The position numbers and the translations under genes are program-made. From an uncultured Candidatus Binatia bacterium (GTDB lineage: Bacteria; Desulfobacterota; Binatia; UBA9968; JAJDTQ01), in NCBI GenBank assembly GCA_965213675.1, contig OZ243916.1:3744001-3808000 (forward strand): a DNA stretch of 64,000 nt, given 5' to 3'. Each line of letters opens with the position of its first letter. Positions within the stretch are counted from its first letter, which is position 1. This document shows positions 10,301-19,748 of the stretch, in pieces. The notes beneath the pieces were generated by a model. That model did no database searches. It was not told where the DNA came from and saw nothing but the letters and a program-made list of their open reading frames with translations.

Positions 10301-11320
10301 ATGAAGCTCGGAGCCCGATTGCTGGCCGCCGCGGCCTGGACCGCGAGCCTGCTGGCGGCTCCCGCCATGGCCGCCGGCCCCTTGGTGGGTCTGATCACCA
10401 AGACCGACGCCAATCCGTTCTTCGTGAAGATCGAGGAAGCGGCGCGAGAGAAGGCCGGCGCGCTCGGCCTTGAGCTGCGCGCCTTTGCCGGCCGATACGA
10501 CGGCGATTCGGGGCCTCAGATCGAGGCGATCCAACGCCTCGTTGCCGCGGGCGCCAAGGGCATTCTCATCACGCCCTCGGATCCCGCGTCCCTGGCCGGG
10601 GCGGTGGCCATGGCCAGGGCTGCGGGTGTGCTGGTCGTTGCGCTGGATACCCCCTTCGACTCGGTCGACGCCGTGGACGCCACGTTCGCCACGGACAACT
10701 TCAGGGCCGGCGAGTGGATCGGCCAGTGGGCCCGGGCGACCCTGGGCGCTGCCGCAAGCCGTGCGAGAATCGCAACGCTGGATCTGTCCGACGCCCAGGT
10801 CACGGTGAACGTGGCGCGCAACCAGGGTTTCCTCAAGGGTTTCGGTATCGACATCAGGGACCCCGGCAAGATGTATGACGAGGACGACGCACGCATCGTC
10901 GGCGCTGGCGCGTCCCTTGGCACCGAGGAGGGCGGGCGCGCCGCCATGGAGGCGCTGCTGCGGCGGGCCCCCTCCGTGGACGTCGTGTATACGATCAATG
11001 AGCCGGCCGCGGCCGGCGCCCACGCGGCGCTCAAGGCCGCCGGGCGGGCGGGAGACGTTCTGATCGTTTCGGTGGACGGCGGCTGCGCAGGGGTCCGGAA
11101 CGTGGCCGCCGGCGCCATCGGCGCCACCGCCATGCAGTATCCCGTGAGGATGGCCGTGCGCGGGTTGGATGCCGTGGCGGCCTTTGCCAGAACGGGCAAG
11201 CGACCGGAAAAACCGGCCGGCCGCGACTTCCATGACACGGGCGTGGCTCTGGTCACGGACCGCCCGGTTCCGGGAATTCCGTCCATTTCAGTGGAACGAG
11301 GCTTGCGGGAGTGCTGGTGA
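10301..11320 (+). CDS. Sugar ABC transporter substrate-binding protein (fructose FrcB-like), orphan
   Basis: GLITKTDANPFFVK, ATDNF-x-AG, YTINEPAAAG, VDGGC-x-G. Confidence 0.85.
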   Translation: MKLGARLLAAAAWTASLLAAPAMAAGPLVGLITKTDANPFFVKIEEAAREKAGALGLELRAFAGRYDGDSGPQIEAIQRLVAAGAKGILITPSDPASLAGAVAMARAAGVLVVALDTPFDSVDAVDATFATDNFRAGEWIGQWARATLGAAASRARIATLDLSDAQVTVNVARNQGFLKGFGIDIRDPGKMYDEDDARIVGAGASLGTEEGGRAAMEALLRRAPSVDVVYTINEPAAAGAHAALKAAGRAGDVLIVSVDGGCAGVRNVAAGAIGATAMQYPVRMAVRGLDAVAAFARTGKRPEKPAGRDFHDTGVALVTDRPVPGIPSISVERGLRECW

Positions 11321-11485
11321 CGGTTGGTGTCCTGGGAACCCTGAGCCGGCCGCAAGTGAACCGGCGAAATCCTGCCGCGGCGGTGTCCGGACTCGCAGTC
11401 CGGGCCTGAGGGGTGCGTGGGTACGGGCGGCGAACTGATCCGGACGTGAACGCGCCTCCATGTGCTCCACTACACGGAAGTGACA

Positions 11486-13645
11486 GTGAAGCCACGGCTC
11501 CAGAACCTTGTGTCCGAGCTTCGCGCGGACGTCGCGTCAGGGAAATCGGTTCCGGCAATCGCCGCCGGGCTCAGTTCAGGGCTGAGCCTGCTCGTCGCCT
11601 ACGTTGCCTTCGGCACCGCCATCTACTCCGGTCCGCTGGCGCCCTACGCCTCCCAAGGCGTCGGCTTGGTGCTGTTCGGGACCTTCGCCTCCTGCCTCAT
11701 CGTCGCCTTCACCGGCGGCTACCCCGGGGCCATCGCGGGCTTGTCTCCCGCGCTGGTGATCGTCATGGCCTCGGTGGCCACCACGGTGGACGCGTACGGC
11801 GCGGGACTGTTCGTCACCGCGGCTGTGGCGCTCATCATCAGCGCCATGGGCGCCGGAGTGGGCTGCCTCCTGATCGGATGGTTCAAGCTCGCCAACCTGG
11901 TGCGTTTCATTCCCTATCCCGTGGCCGGAGGATTCGTGGCGGGCATCGGCGGCGCGGTGTGCCTGGCCGCCCTGTCCCTGATGGGGGCCGGGCCGGGCGA
12001 GTCGCTCCCGGCGATGCTGGAGCCTTCCGTGTTGTGGGTATGGGCGCCCGGTGCGGCCTTCGGGATTGCGCTCTATCTCGTGATGAAGCGCTTGCGCAAC
12101 GCGCTGATTCTGCCCCTCGGCGTGGTGTTGGCCGTGGGCGTTCATCACCTCGCCTTTGCCGCCATCAATCTCTCCGGCGACGAGGCGAGGGCGGCGGGCC
12201 TCTTGCTGACGGGCACTGCCGGGGGGCGCCTGTGGCCGGTCCTGGGGATGGCCGATCTGGCGCACGTGAACTGGGCCGCGATAGCCGGTCAGGCTCCCGA
12301 AATGCTGATCCTCGTGCTGATCGCCTTCATCTGCATCATCATGAACGTGGCGGGACTCGAACTGGCCCTCGATCAGGATCTGGACTGGGACGAGGAGTTC
12401 AAGGCGACGGGGTTCGCCAGCATGGTCAGCGGCCTGGGCGGCGGCACGGTGGCGACCCTGGTGGTGCCGGCCTCGCTGCGCAGCAAGCTCTTCGGGGCCG
12501 AGACCCGGCTCACCGGCATGGTCACGGCCGCCGTCATCGGGAGCGCGTTGTTCCTTGGCGACGGCATGCTGGAAATCGTGCCGACGGCCATCGTGGGAGG
12601 TATTCTGATCTTTGCCGGCCTCGGCATGTTGGACGAAGGCCTCGTGAGGAGCCGCAAGCGGCTCCCAGCTTCCGAATTCGGCATTATTCTCCTCATCTTC
12701 GTGGTCATCGTCACCCTCGGCTTGTTCGAGGGTGTGGCCGCCGGCATGCTGGCGACCCTCGTGTTCTTCGCGGTGCGGCTCAGCCGCGTGAACCCCATTG
12801 AAGCCCGCTTCACCGTCCGCGAGCGCCGGAGCAACACGGTCCGTTCCATACCCCAGCGCGCCATTCTGCTGGCGGAAGGGGAGCGCGTACATGCGTACCG
12901 ATTGTGCGGCTACATCTTCTTCGGCAGCGTCATCCCGCTGACGGATCGTCTCAGGGAGTCCCTGAGCGGCCCAGCGCGCGCCTCCTCGCTGATGCTGGAC
13001 TTCACCGCGGTATCGGGCTTCGATTTCTCGGCGGTGAACACGCTTGGCAGGTTCTTTCAGGCGGCGGATGCAGCCGGGTTGAAGTTGGTGCTGAGCGGCG
13101 TGTCCGAGACCTTGAGGCTCGGTCTGGAGCGCAATCTGCCCGCAGCCGTGTTTGCCGGGCTGTTGTTCGAACCGGACGTCGAGCGCGGTCTCGAGCATTG
13201 CGAGGAGTTCGTCATTGCGGCGTGGAAGGCGGACGAAGCCATGCCGGACGCCCGGCGCGCCGCCTTGCTGGAACGAACCGCGGACGATGTCGAGCGTTAC
13301 CTGAAACGGCAGATACAGTTCGAGGATCTGATGGAAGAGCTGGGACGCTGGCTCACGCCCCGAGAATTCGGCGCGCAGGAGCCGCTGGCTGGGCCGGAAA
13401 CGCCGCGGGACGGCCTGCAACTGCTGCTTTCCGGCCGGGCATCCGCCTACGATGCGGCCGGCGCGCGGCTCCGTCAATTCAGCCCTGGCGACGCGGTCTG
13501 GCCGGATGAGGACGCGCCGGTGGTGCTGGCGGACGAGCCGTGCCGGACCATGGTGCTGACTCCGGCTGACTGGGGCTGGCTGGAGGAGCACGAGCAGGCC
13601 GTAGCCCTCAACCTCTACCGCTACTTGCTCGCCGCGCGGCTCTAG
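11486..13645 (+). CDS. SulP family anion transporter with STAS and cNMP-binding-like C-terminal domains
   Basis: RFIPYPV-x-GGF-x-AG, GYIFFGS and LDF-x-x-V-x-G-x-DFSA (STAS); start uncertain (11462 or 11486). Confidence 0.88.
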   Translation: MKPRLQNLVSELRADVASGKSVPAIAAGLSSGLSLLVAYVAFGTAIYSGPLAPYASQGVGLVLFGTFASCLIVAFTGGYPGAIAGLSPALVIVMASVATTVDAYGAGLFVTAAVALIISAMGAGVGCLLIGWFKLANLVRFIPYPVAGGFVAGIGGAVCLAALSLMGAGPGESLPAMLEPSVLWVWAPGAAFGIALYLVMKRLRNALILPLGVVLAVGVHHLAFAAINLSGDEARAAGLLLTGTAGGRLWPVLGMADLAHVNWAAIAGQAPEMLILVLIAFICIIMNVAGLELALDQDLDWDEEFKATGFASMVSGLGGGTVATLVVPASLRSKLFGAETRLTGMVTAAVIGSALFLGDGMLEIVPTAIVGGILIFAGLGMLDEGLVRSRKRLPASEFGIILLIFVVIVTLGLFEGVAAGMLATLVFFAVRLSRVNPIEARFTVRERRSNTVRSIPQRAILLAEGERVHAYRLCGYIFFGSVIPLTDRLRESLSGPARASSLMLDFTAVSGFDFSAVNTLGRFFQAADAAGLKLVLSGVSETLRLGLERNLPAAVFAGLLFEPDVERGLEHCEEFVIAAWKADEAMPDARRAALLERTADDVERYLKRQIQFEDLMEELGRWLTPREFGAQEPLAGPETPRDGLQLLLSGRASAYDAAGARLRQFSPGDAVWPDEDAPVVLADEPCRTMVLTPADWGWLEEHEQAVALNLYRYLLAARL

Positions 13646-13814
13646 TGTGGTGTCGGGTTTATCAAGAATCTGCTGCGAGGCAGGGAAATGGGTCCAGTTC
13701 CGGTTGGATTTTCGTCCAATATTACCAATATTGTCCTCAAATCCGCCCGAAACTCGCCTTTCTCTGCCTCTCGCTACGATTCGATACGATTCGATAAAAC
13801 CGACAGGCTCCTGG
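13642..13814. mobile_element. MITE-like element, family C copy 2, with hybrid ends (type A cap left, type B cap right)
   Basis: CTAGTGTGGTGTCGGGTTTATC ... GATAAAACCGACAGGCTCCTGG; its CTAG contains the SulP stop codon. Confidence 0.78.
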
Positions 13815-14019
13815 GCCGGATCAAGTGCTGGAAGCCCGCGGAACCGGTCCGACGCCGGCGAGGCGTCGAAGTGATTCATTGGAAAGGAAGATCGGACCCC
13901 CTGTGGTCCCGGCCCCTACCGCAGCAGAGACAGGCAGAAGGGGCCGGGAAGGCAGGATGCCGGGACAACGTGTCGGACGCGCAGCTCCCCCGAAACAGGC
14001 TGTGCGAACCGCCAGCCTC

Positions 14020-14475
14020 TCAGCAGGGAGTGGCGCAGTTCAGGATGACGACTGCGCTCGCGACGGGATACACGAGATTCGCCGTCGCTTGACCATCGCC
14101 TCCGGTACCCTGCAAAAGGCGCATGCCGAACGTTTCGGATTGCTCATCGACATCGGAATCGGCGTATGTCGTTACGGTGATCGTTTTCTCGGTGTCCGTG
14201 GGTGAGAAATAGAGCGAGCCGGAAACCGACTGGTAATCGGAACCGGCCGTCGCCGGCGGGTTGCCTGTGGGATAGGACTCGTACCTGATTTCTGCTTCAC
14301 CGGCGGTTTTCTTCTTCACGATCACTTTCGCGTCCTTGCCCTCATTCGTGGAATAGGATGTCCGACTGAAGGAGATTTCGGGAAGGTCCGCGGCGGTAAG
14401 CGGAGACACCGGCAACAGCGACAGTCCCACGCCGACGACGATCCCGCGAAGCAGGTTGCAACTTGGTCCATTCAT
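14020..14475 (-). CDS. Secreted single Calx-beta domain protein, possibly truncated
   Basis: Signal peptide; ISF...Y...EG...ATAGSDY...SGSL-x-F...EKTITV...D...E...ETF; AAGGAGG SD. Confidence 0.8.
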   Translation of the reverse strand: MNGPSCNLLRGIVVGVGLSLLPVSPLTAADLPEISFSRTSYSTNEGKDAKVIVKKKTAGEAEIRYESYPTGNPPATAGSDYQSVSGSLYFSPTDTEKTITVTTYADSDVDEQSETFGMRLLQGTGGDGQATANLVYPVASAVVILNCATPC

Positions 14476-14599
14476 TCTGGCAGTCCTCCTTTTCGAGTTT
14501 TACAGAGATATGCGCGACAGTAGCCGCCCCATGCCGTTTCCTCCACGCAGGAATATCAGAAACGGCGATTCATCGTCTGGAGCGAATCTATGTTGAGGA

Positions 14600-14830
14600 A
14601 AAGTTCTTGTCAAGGTGTACACGGAGGAGTTCAACTTCCCCGCTCTCCGCGAAGAGACCATCCCGCTCCCGCCTCGTGAACCCGATCGCTACCGACATGT
14701 GCTGCGGCTTGGCACGACCGGTGGCGGGAAGACGACCCTCGTGCGGCAGGTCATCGGTACCGATCCCTCGGAGGAACGCTTCCCTTCAACGTCGACCTCC
14801 AAGACCACAATCCACCCCGTCCAGCACTGA
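14600..14830 (+). pseudogene. Fragment of a P-loop NTPase (GTPase/dynamin-like) protein
   Basis: GTTGGGKTTLVRQVIGTDP...FPSTSTSKTT, followed by an abrupt stop. Confidence 0.6.
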
Positions 14831-15172
14831 TCCAAGCGTTGTCAGGCCGGCGAGGCAATGGGGTGAGCACCTGTCGCGGGACCGTACGGGCTCCGATCTT
14901 GGCGTCGCGCATTGTGTTCTAGCTTGTAACTCGGTATGGGCTAACGGAACGCAGCGTTCGATGCGCGGTGGAAACATTTCCCTCGGAATGGACTGGGCTT
15001 GATGAAGCGCGTGATGGTAGATCGGTATTGGAGCATCTGCGGGACAGACAGAGCCGCGCCAGGACGCGCGCAGACTGGAATGAATCGGCTTGCAGTCTGC
15101 CTCGACAAGGATCGAAACCCTCAGTGATCCTACCGTTTCTAGCCGTAGAAACAACAATAATATCTGACGGTT

Positions 15173-17230
15173 ATGATTGATTCCCTAGGGCGCTACCTGG
15201 TCGGCGTGGACGTTGGCGGCACCTTCACCGACGTTACGGTGCTGGACCAGGAGACCGGTGGTATCCGTGAGGTGCGCAAGGTGCCGTCCAATCCCGCGGC
15301 GCCGTTGCAGGTGCTCGACGGCGTGCTGGCGGACCTGCGCGCGACGTGGGGCGCCGATGCCTTGTCGTATCTGCTCCACGGCTCCACACATGCGCTCAAC
15401 ACGGTGCTGGAGGAGAAGGGCAGCCGCACCGGCCTGCTCACCACACGCGGATTCCGCGACGTCTACGAGATCGCGCGCCAGTGGAAGGGCGAGGAGGTCT
15501 TCAATATTTTCTATCCCGGCGCCAAGCGGTTCGTGCCGCGACGCCGCGTGGCGGAAGTTTCGGAGCGGCTCGACAAGTCCGGCGCGGTGCTGGCGCCGCT
15601 GGACCTGGACGCCGTCGATACGGCCGTGGCCGGGCTCATGATGCAGGGCATCGAAGCGCTGGCCATCGCGTTCCTGTTCTCCTACGTGAACCCGGAACAC
15701 GAGCGGTTGGCGGCGGCGCACATCCGTTCACGCTACCCGGATCTGTTCGTGTCGTTGTCGTCGGAGGTGAATCCGGTGTGGCGCGAATACGAACGTACCG
15801 CCACCACCGTGCTGAACGCCTACCTCGGCCCGCGCATGGAGCAGTACTTCTCCGGCATGGAAGAAACCGTGCGGCGGCACTTCCCGGAGGCGCACGCCTT
15901 CCTGATGAAGTCCAACGGCGGCATCGGCGCGCCCCGGGCCATGGCCCGATTCCCGGTGCAGACGCTCATGTCCGGTCCGGTGGCGGGAGTGGTGGCGGCT
16001 CACGAACTGGGGGTGCGCAACGGAGTCCCGAACCTCATTTCGCTGGACATCGGCGGCACCAGCAGCGACATGTCGCTGATTTCGGGACGGCCGCTGTACC
16101 GTACCGAGTGGCGTATCGGGCGCCATCCCGTGCGCGTGGACTCGGTGGAGGTGGAAAGCCTGGGCGCGGGCGGCGGCAGTTTGGCCCAGGTGCGTTACGG
16201 CAAGGTCCTCCAGGTTGGGCCGCAGAGCGCCGGGGCGGTTCCGGGGCCGGCCTGCTACATGCGCGGCGGCGACCGGCCCACGTTGACCGACGCGCTGGTG
16301 CAGCTCCGGCACCTGAACCCCCGGACGCTGCTTCAAGGCGAGATGCCCATTGACGCGGCGCTGTCGGCCGCGGCCATCCGGCGGCACGTGGCCGAGCCGC
16401 TGGACCTGTCGGAAGACGAAGCGGCCCTGGGAATCCTGCGTGTGCTGGTGGCCAATATCGTTGCCTCCATGCGCACCATCACCATCGAGCGCGGCTTCAA
16501 CCCCGCGGACTTCGTGCTCGCGCCGTTCGGCGGCATGGGGCCGACGCTGGCCACCGCGGTTGCTTCATCGCTGGGCATCGGACGCATCCTGGTTCCGGTG
16601 GATCCGGGCAACTTCAGCGCCTTCGGCATGCTGCTGTCCGACCTGCGTTCGGACGCCGTGACCACGCGGGTGGTGGCGCTCAGCCCGGAAACTCTGACCG
16701 GCTTGGTGGCGACGCTGCGCGAGATCGAGGACGCGGTGCGCCGGGAGCTCGCCTCCCAGGGACCGTCCGAGGACCGGATCCGTGTGGATTGGCTGCTGGA
16801 CATGCGTTACCGCGAGCAGGCCTACGAGCTGACGGTCCCCATCGCCAAGGATCCCGCGAAGCTCAACGTGGACGAGATCTGCGAACGGTTCGGCCAGGCC
16901 CATGAACAGCGCTACGGCCACCGGGCCGACGACGAGGTGGTGGAGGTGGTGAACCTGCGGGCGTCCGCTTACGCCTCGCTGGGGAAGCCGGAATTGTCGC
17001 CGGGCGACGCCACGGGCGCGCGGGAGCCCGTGGCGCGGGAGCGGCGCCGCACCGTCATGCTGGATGGCGTGCGCGACGCCCCGGTGTACCGCCGCGACGA
17101 TCTGACTCCGGGCGCGGCGCTGGACGGCCCGGTCATCGTCGAGGAGAAGACGTCCACCACGGTGGTGGAGCCGGGCTGGGCGCTGCGCGTCGACCCGGAG
17201 GGCAATCTGGATCTCACGCGCGCGACCTGA
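15173..17230 (+). CDS. Hydantoinase A / oxoprolinase family subunit
   Basis: GVDVGGTFTD, REYERT-x-T, SGPVAG, DIGGTS-x-D, GAGGGS, SAGAVPGPACY. Confidence 0.93.
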   Translation: MIDSLGRYLVGVDVGGTFTDVTVLDQETGGIREVRKVPSNPAAPLQVLDGVLADLRATWGADALSYLLHGSTHALNTVLEEKGSRTGLLTTRGFRDVYEIARQWKGEEVFNIFYPGAKRFVPRRRVAEVSERLDKSGAVLAPLDLDAVDTAVAGLMMQGIEALAIAFLFSYVNPEHERLAAAHIRSRYPDLFVSLSSEVNPVWREYERTATTVLNAYLGPRMEQYFSGMEETVRRHFPEAHAFLMKSNGGIGAPRAMARFPVQTLMSGPVAGVVAAHELGVRNGVPNLISLDIGGTSSDMSLISGRPLYRTEWRIGRHPVRVDSVEVESLGAGGGSLAQVRYGKVLQVGPQSAGAVPGPACYMRGGDRPTLTDALVQLRHLNPRTLLQGEMPIDAALSAAAIRRHVAEPLDLSEDEAALGILRVLVANIVASMRTITIERGFNPADFVLAPFGGMGPTLATAVASSLGIGRILVPVDPGNFSAFGMLLSDLRSDAVTTRVVALSPETLTGLVATLREIEDAVRRELASQGPSEDRIRVDWLLDMRYREQAYELTVPIAKDPAKLNVDEICERFGQAHEQRYGHRADDEVVEVVNLRASAYASLGKPELSPGDATGAREPVARERRRTVMLDGVRDAPVYRRDDLTPGAALDGPVIVEEKTSTTVVEPGWALRVDPEGNLDLTRAT

Positions 17231-17293
17231 GCCACGCGCCGGCAGATCAACCTGAAACAGCCAACTTGAAGAAGTGCGGCACGGAGGAAAGCC

Positions 17294-18256
17294 ATGAAGA
17301 TTCTGATAACGGGCGGCATGGGAGTGAACGGCGCGGTAACCGCGAGGCACTTGGTCCGGGACGGCGTGCGTCCGGTGCTCATGGACAACCGCATGGACAC
17401 TTCCCTGATCTCGGACATCGAAAAGGACGTGGACCTGGTGATCGGGGACATCCTGGACCCGGAGGGCCTGGACAAGATCATCGTCGACAACGGGATCACC
17501 CACGTGGCCCATCTGGCGGCGCTGATGCCCATTCCGGCGGAGACGGATCCGGCCCTGGGCATCAAGGTCGGCGTGGATGGAACCCTCAATGTGCTTGAGA
17601 TCGCGCGGCATCGGGGGCTCGAGCGTGTGGTGTTCACCAGCTCCAAGGCGGTGTACGGCGAGATCAGCGGGCGGCATGCCTACCCCGAGTACGTGCCTGT
17701 GGACGAGGGTCATCCGCAACACCCGGCGGACCTCTACGGCACCATCAAGGTGTGCTGCGAGACCCTGTGCACCTACTACCAGAAGAAATACGGCGTCAGC
17801 TCGGTGGTGCTGCGCTTCGGCTCCATCTACGGTCCCGGCAAGGAGGTGCGTCACGGCGCGCTGTCGCTCTACGGCCAGATGATTGAGAAGGTCATGGCCG
17901 GCGAGGGCTTCGCGGGGGAGGGTGGCGACCAGTCCAACGAGGCGCTCTACGTAGGCGACGTGGCCCGCTCCATCATCCTGGGCCTGCAGGTCAAGGACCC
18001 CGCCGAGCGCACCTTCAACATCGGCACCGGCGTGGGCGTTACTCTCCACGACTTCAAGCGCGTCCTGGGGGAACTCTATCCCGACAGCAGGATCGAGATC
18101 AGCGCAGGGTTGGAATTCCGCATGACGGCGAAGAAGAGCTACTGCATTTTCGACATCGGCAAGGCCAGGGAACACCTGGGCTTCACCCCAGCCTACGACC
18201 TCGAAGCGGGCATCAAGGACTACATCGCCACCATCGAACGGCTGAGGCCGCGGTAG
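17294..18256 (+). CDS. NAD-dependent epimerase/dehydratase (extended SDR)
   Basis: ITGGMGVNG, HLAA, TSS-x-AVYG, YGTIK. Confidence 0.88.
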   Translation: MKILITGGMGVNGAVTARHLVRDGVRPVLMDNRMDTSLISDIEKDVDLVIGDILDPEGLDKIIVDNGITHVAHLAALMPIPAETDPALGIKVGVDGTLNVLEIARHRGLERVVFTSSKAVYGEISGRHAYPEYVPVDEGHPQHPADLYGTIKVCCETLCTYYQKKYGVSSVVLRFGSIYGPGKEVRHGALSLYGQMIEKVMAGEGFAGEGGDQSNEALYVGDVARSIILGLQVKDPAERTFNIGTGVGVTLHDFKRVLGELYPDSRIEISAGLEFRMTAKKSYCIFDIGKAREHLGFTPAYDLEAGIKDYIATIERLRPR

Positions 18257-18484
18257 GGGTTCAGATTCTTCGGCTTTGAACGGGTCCGCCGAAGCACTGG
18301 GATGGGGCGGCCGTCAAACGATTCGCATGTGACACGCATGCGCAGTCGCAGTCCCGGTCCAGTGCGGTGACTTGGAAAAACGGGCTCCGGTGGTGCGATC
18401 CGGAACTCCATCGGTCCTGTCTTGCAGCATCGCGGCCATCCGGTCCGGCATGGCTGGAGTTCAGCGCATGGGAAGCGTCGCGGA

Positions 18485-19585
18485 CTACGCCGCCCCCTGC
18501 CGTTCCAGGATGTGGGCCATGTCCACCTTGGCGCCGGAGCGGCCGCAGGCGTCCACGAAGAGCTGGATGACGTCCTCGTCTTCGTCCTCGTGCTCGATCT
18601 GCCAGCCGCCCTGGTTCAGGGGGACGTCGGACTGGATGGGGCCGGGGACGAGCTTGAACATGCGGCTGAGCATCTTGAGGGCGAGGTAGCGGGCGGGTTG
18701 GGGGCCGGAGTTGAAGTGCTGGTGGAACCAGCCTTCGGGGGGCACGACGAGGGAGCCGGGCTTCCAGATGAACTGCTGCTTCTCCTCGCCCTCGGGCCAC
18801 ATTAGCGAATAGCCCTCGCCGGACAGGATCATCACGTGGGCGCCGGGGCCGTGCCGGTGAGCCTTCTTGTAGCGTCCCACCGGGAACTCGGAGACATGGG
18901 CGCCCATGTGGCTGTTCACCAGCTCGAAGAACACGGTGCGGCTTCCCTTGCCGCGGGCCTCCCAGGCGATGGGCTCGATGTTGGCCACATCGGGAATGAA
19001 ATTGGTTTCCAGCACACGGTCGTTGTAGAGACGCGCGTGGCCGCGAAAGTCCTGGTCGTCATCGAACCGGTCCCTGAAGGTGAAGGGATTGTTCATGACG
19101 AATTCTTCGTTGTGGAAGATGTTGTAGACCAGCGGCGCGTTGGTGACGCCCAGGAGCCTGGCCTCCCGGTCGCCCGAGCCGTTGAAGTGCTGGTAGGTGG
19201 CGTTCACCGGGATGGCGAAGAGGCTTCCCTCCTGCCACTCGAAGCTCTGTCCCTTGCCGTTGCTCTGCCACAGCGTGGTCGCGCCGCGGCCGGCCAGCAC
19301 GTAGACGAGTTCGTCGTAGATGTGCTTCTCCGGGTTGAGGCTCTTGCCCGGCGGGATCGAAACCACGAAGGCATCGTCCAGATAGCCGGCTCCTTCCAGG
19401 TTGATGTAGACTCCGTGGCCGCCCTTGCGGTCCCACCACTTCATCGGCACGTCCTTGAGGTCCTCGACGAAGTAGCCCCGGATCACGTCCACCCCCTGGG
19501 ACACCACCCAGCGGTCGTAAGGCGTGTCCATCACTTCCGCGTTCCGATCCACGCGCTCGAAGTTGCCCAGGCTTTCGATCTTCAT
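18485..19585 (-). CDS. Bicupin protein (gentisate dioxygenase-like fold)
   Basis: Two cupin motifs: EKHIYDE...YQHFN and AHRHGPGAH...WFHQHFN. Confidence 0.82.
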   Translation of the reverse strand: MKIESLGNFERVDRNAEVMDTPYDRWVVSQGVDVIRGYFVEDLKDVPMKWWDRKGGHGVYINLEGAGYLDDAFVVSIPPGKSLNPEKHIYDELVYVLAGRGATTLWQSNGKGQSFEWQEGSLFAIPVNATYQHFNGSGDREARLLGVTNAPLVYNIFHNEEFVMNNPFTFRDRFDDDQDFRGHARLYNDRVLETNFIPDVANIEPIAWEARGKGSRTVFFELVNSHMGAHVSEFPVGRYKKAHRHGPGAHVMILSGEGYSLMWPEGEEKQQFIWKPGSLVVPPEGWFHQHFNSGPQPARYLALKMLSRMFKLVPGPIQSDVPLNQGGWQIEHEDEDEDVIQLFVDACGRSGAKVDMAHILERQGAA

Positions 19586-19679
19586 GCTTGTTCTCCAGGT
19601 CGTGCGACTCGGCTCGCCCGCCGACAACCCCCAGACGCGCCGTGCGCCTGCCATGAGCTTGCCAGCGGGCTCCGGACGA

Positions 19680-19695
19680 CTAGTGTGGTGTCTGG
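19680..19695 (+). repeat. Solo MITE terminal cap, type A
   Basis: CTAGTGTGGTGTCTGG. Confidence 0.7.
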
Positions 19696-19748
19696 ATCCC
19701 GTGCTTCAGTGGGTAGCGAGGCGCAGGCGAGGGGTGTGGACGGCCGCG

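Noticed and set aside
13647-13874. Similar short ORFs at 13647-13874 and 10056-10256 (WV-x-FRLDFRPILP) as a peptide family
   Set aside because: They are translations of the same MITE body and lack SD or consistent boundaries.
18257-18484. Intergenic stretch between convergent genes as a possible ncRNA
   Set aside because: No recognisable RNA family motif or convincing structure by eye; a covariance search would be needed.
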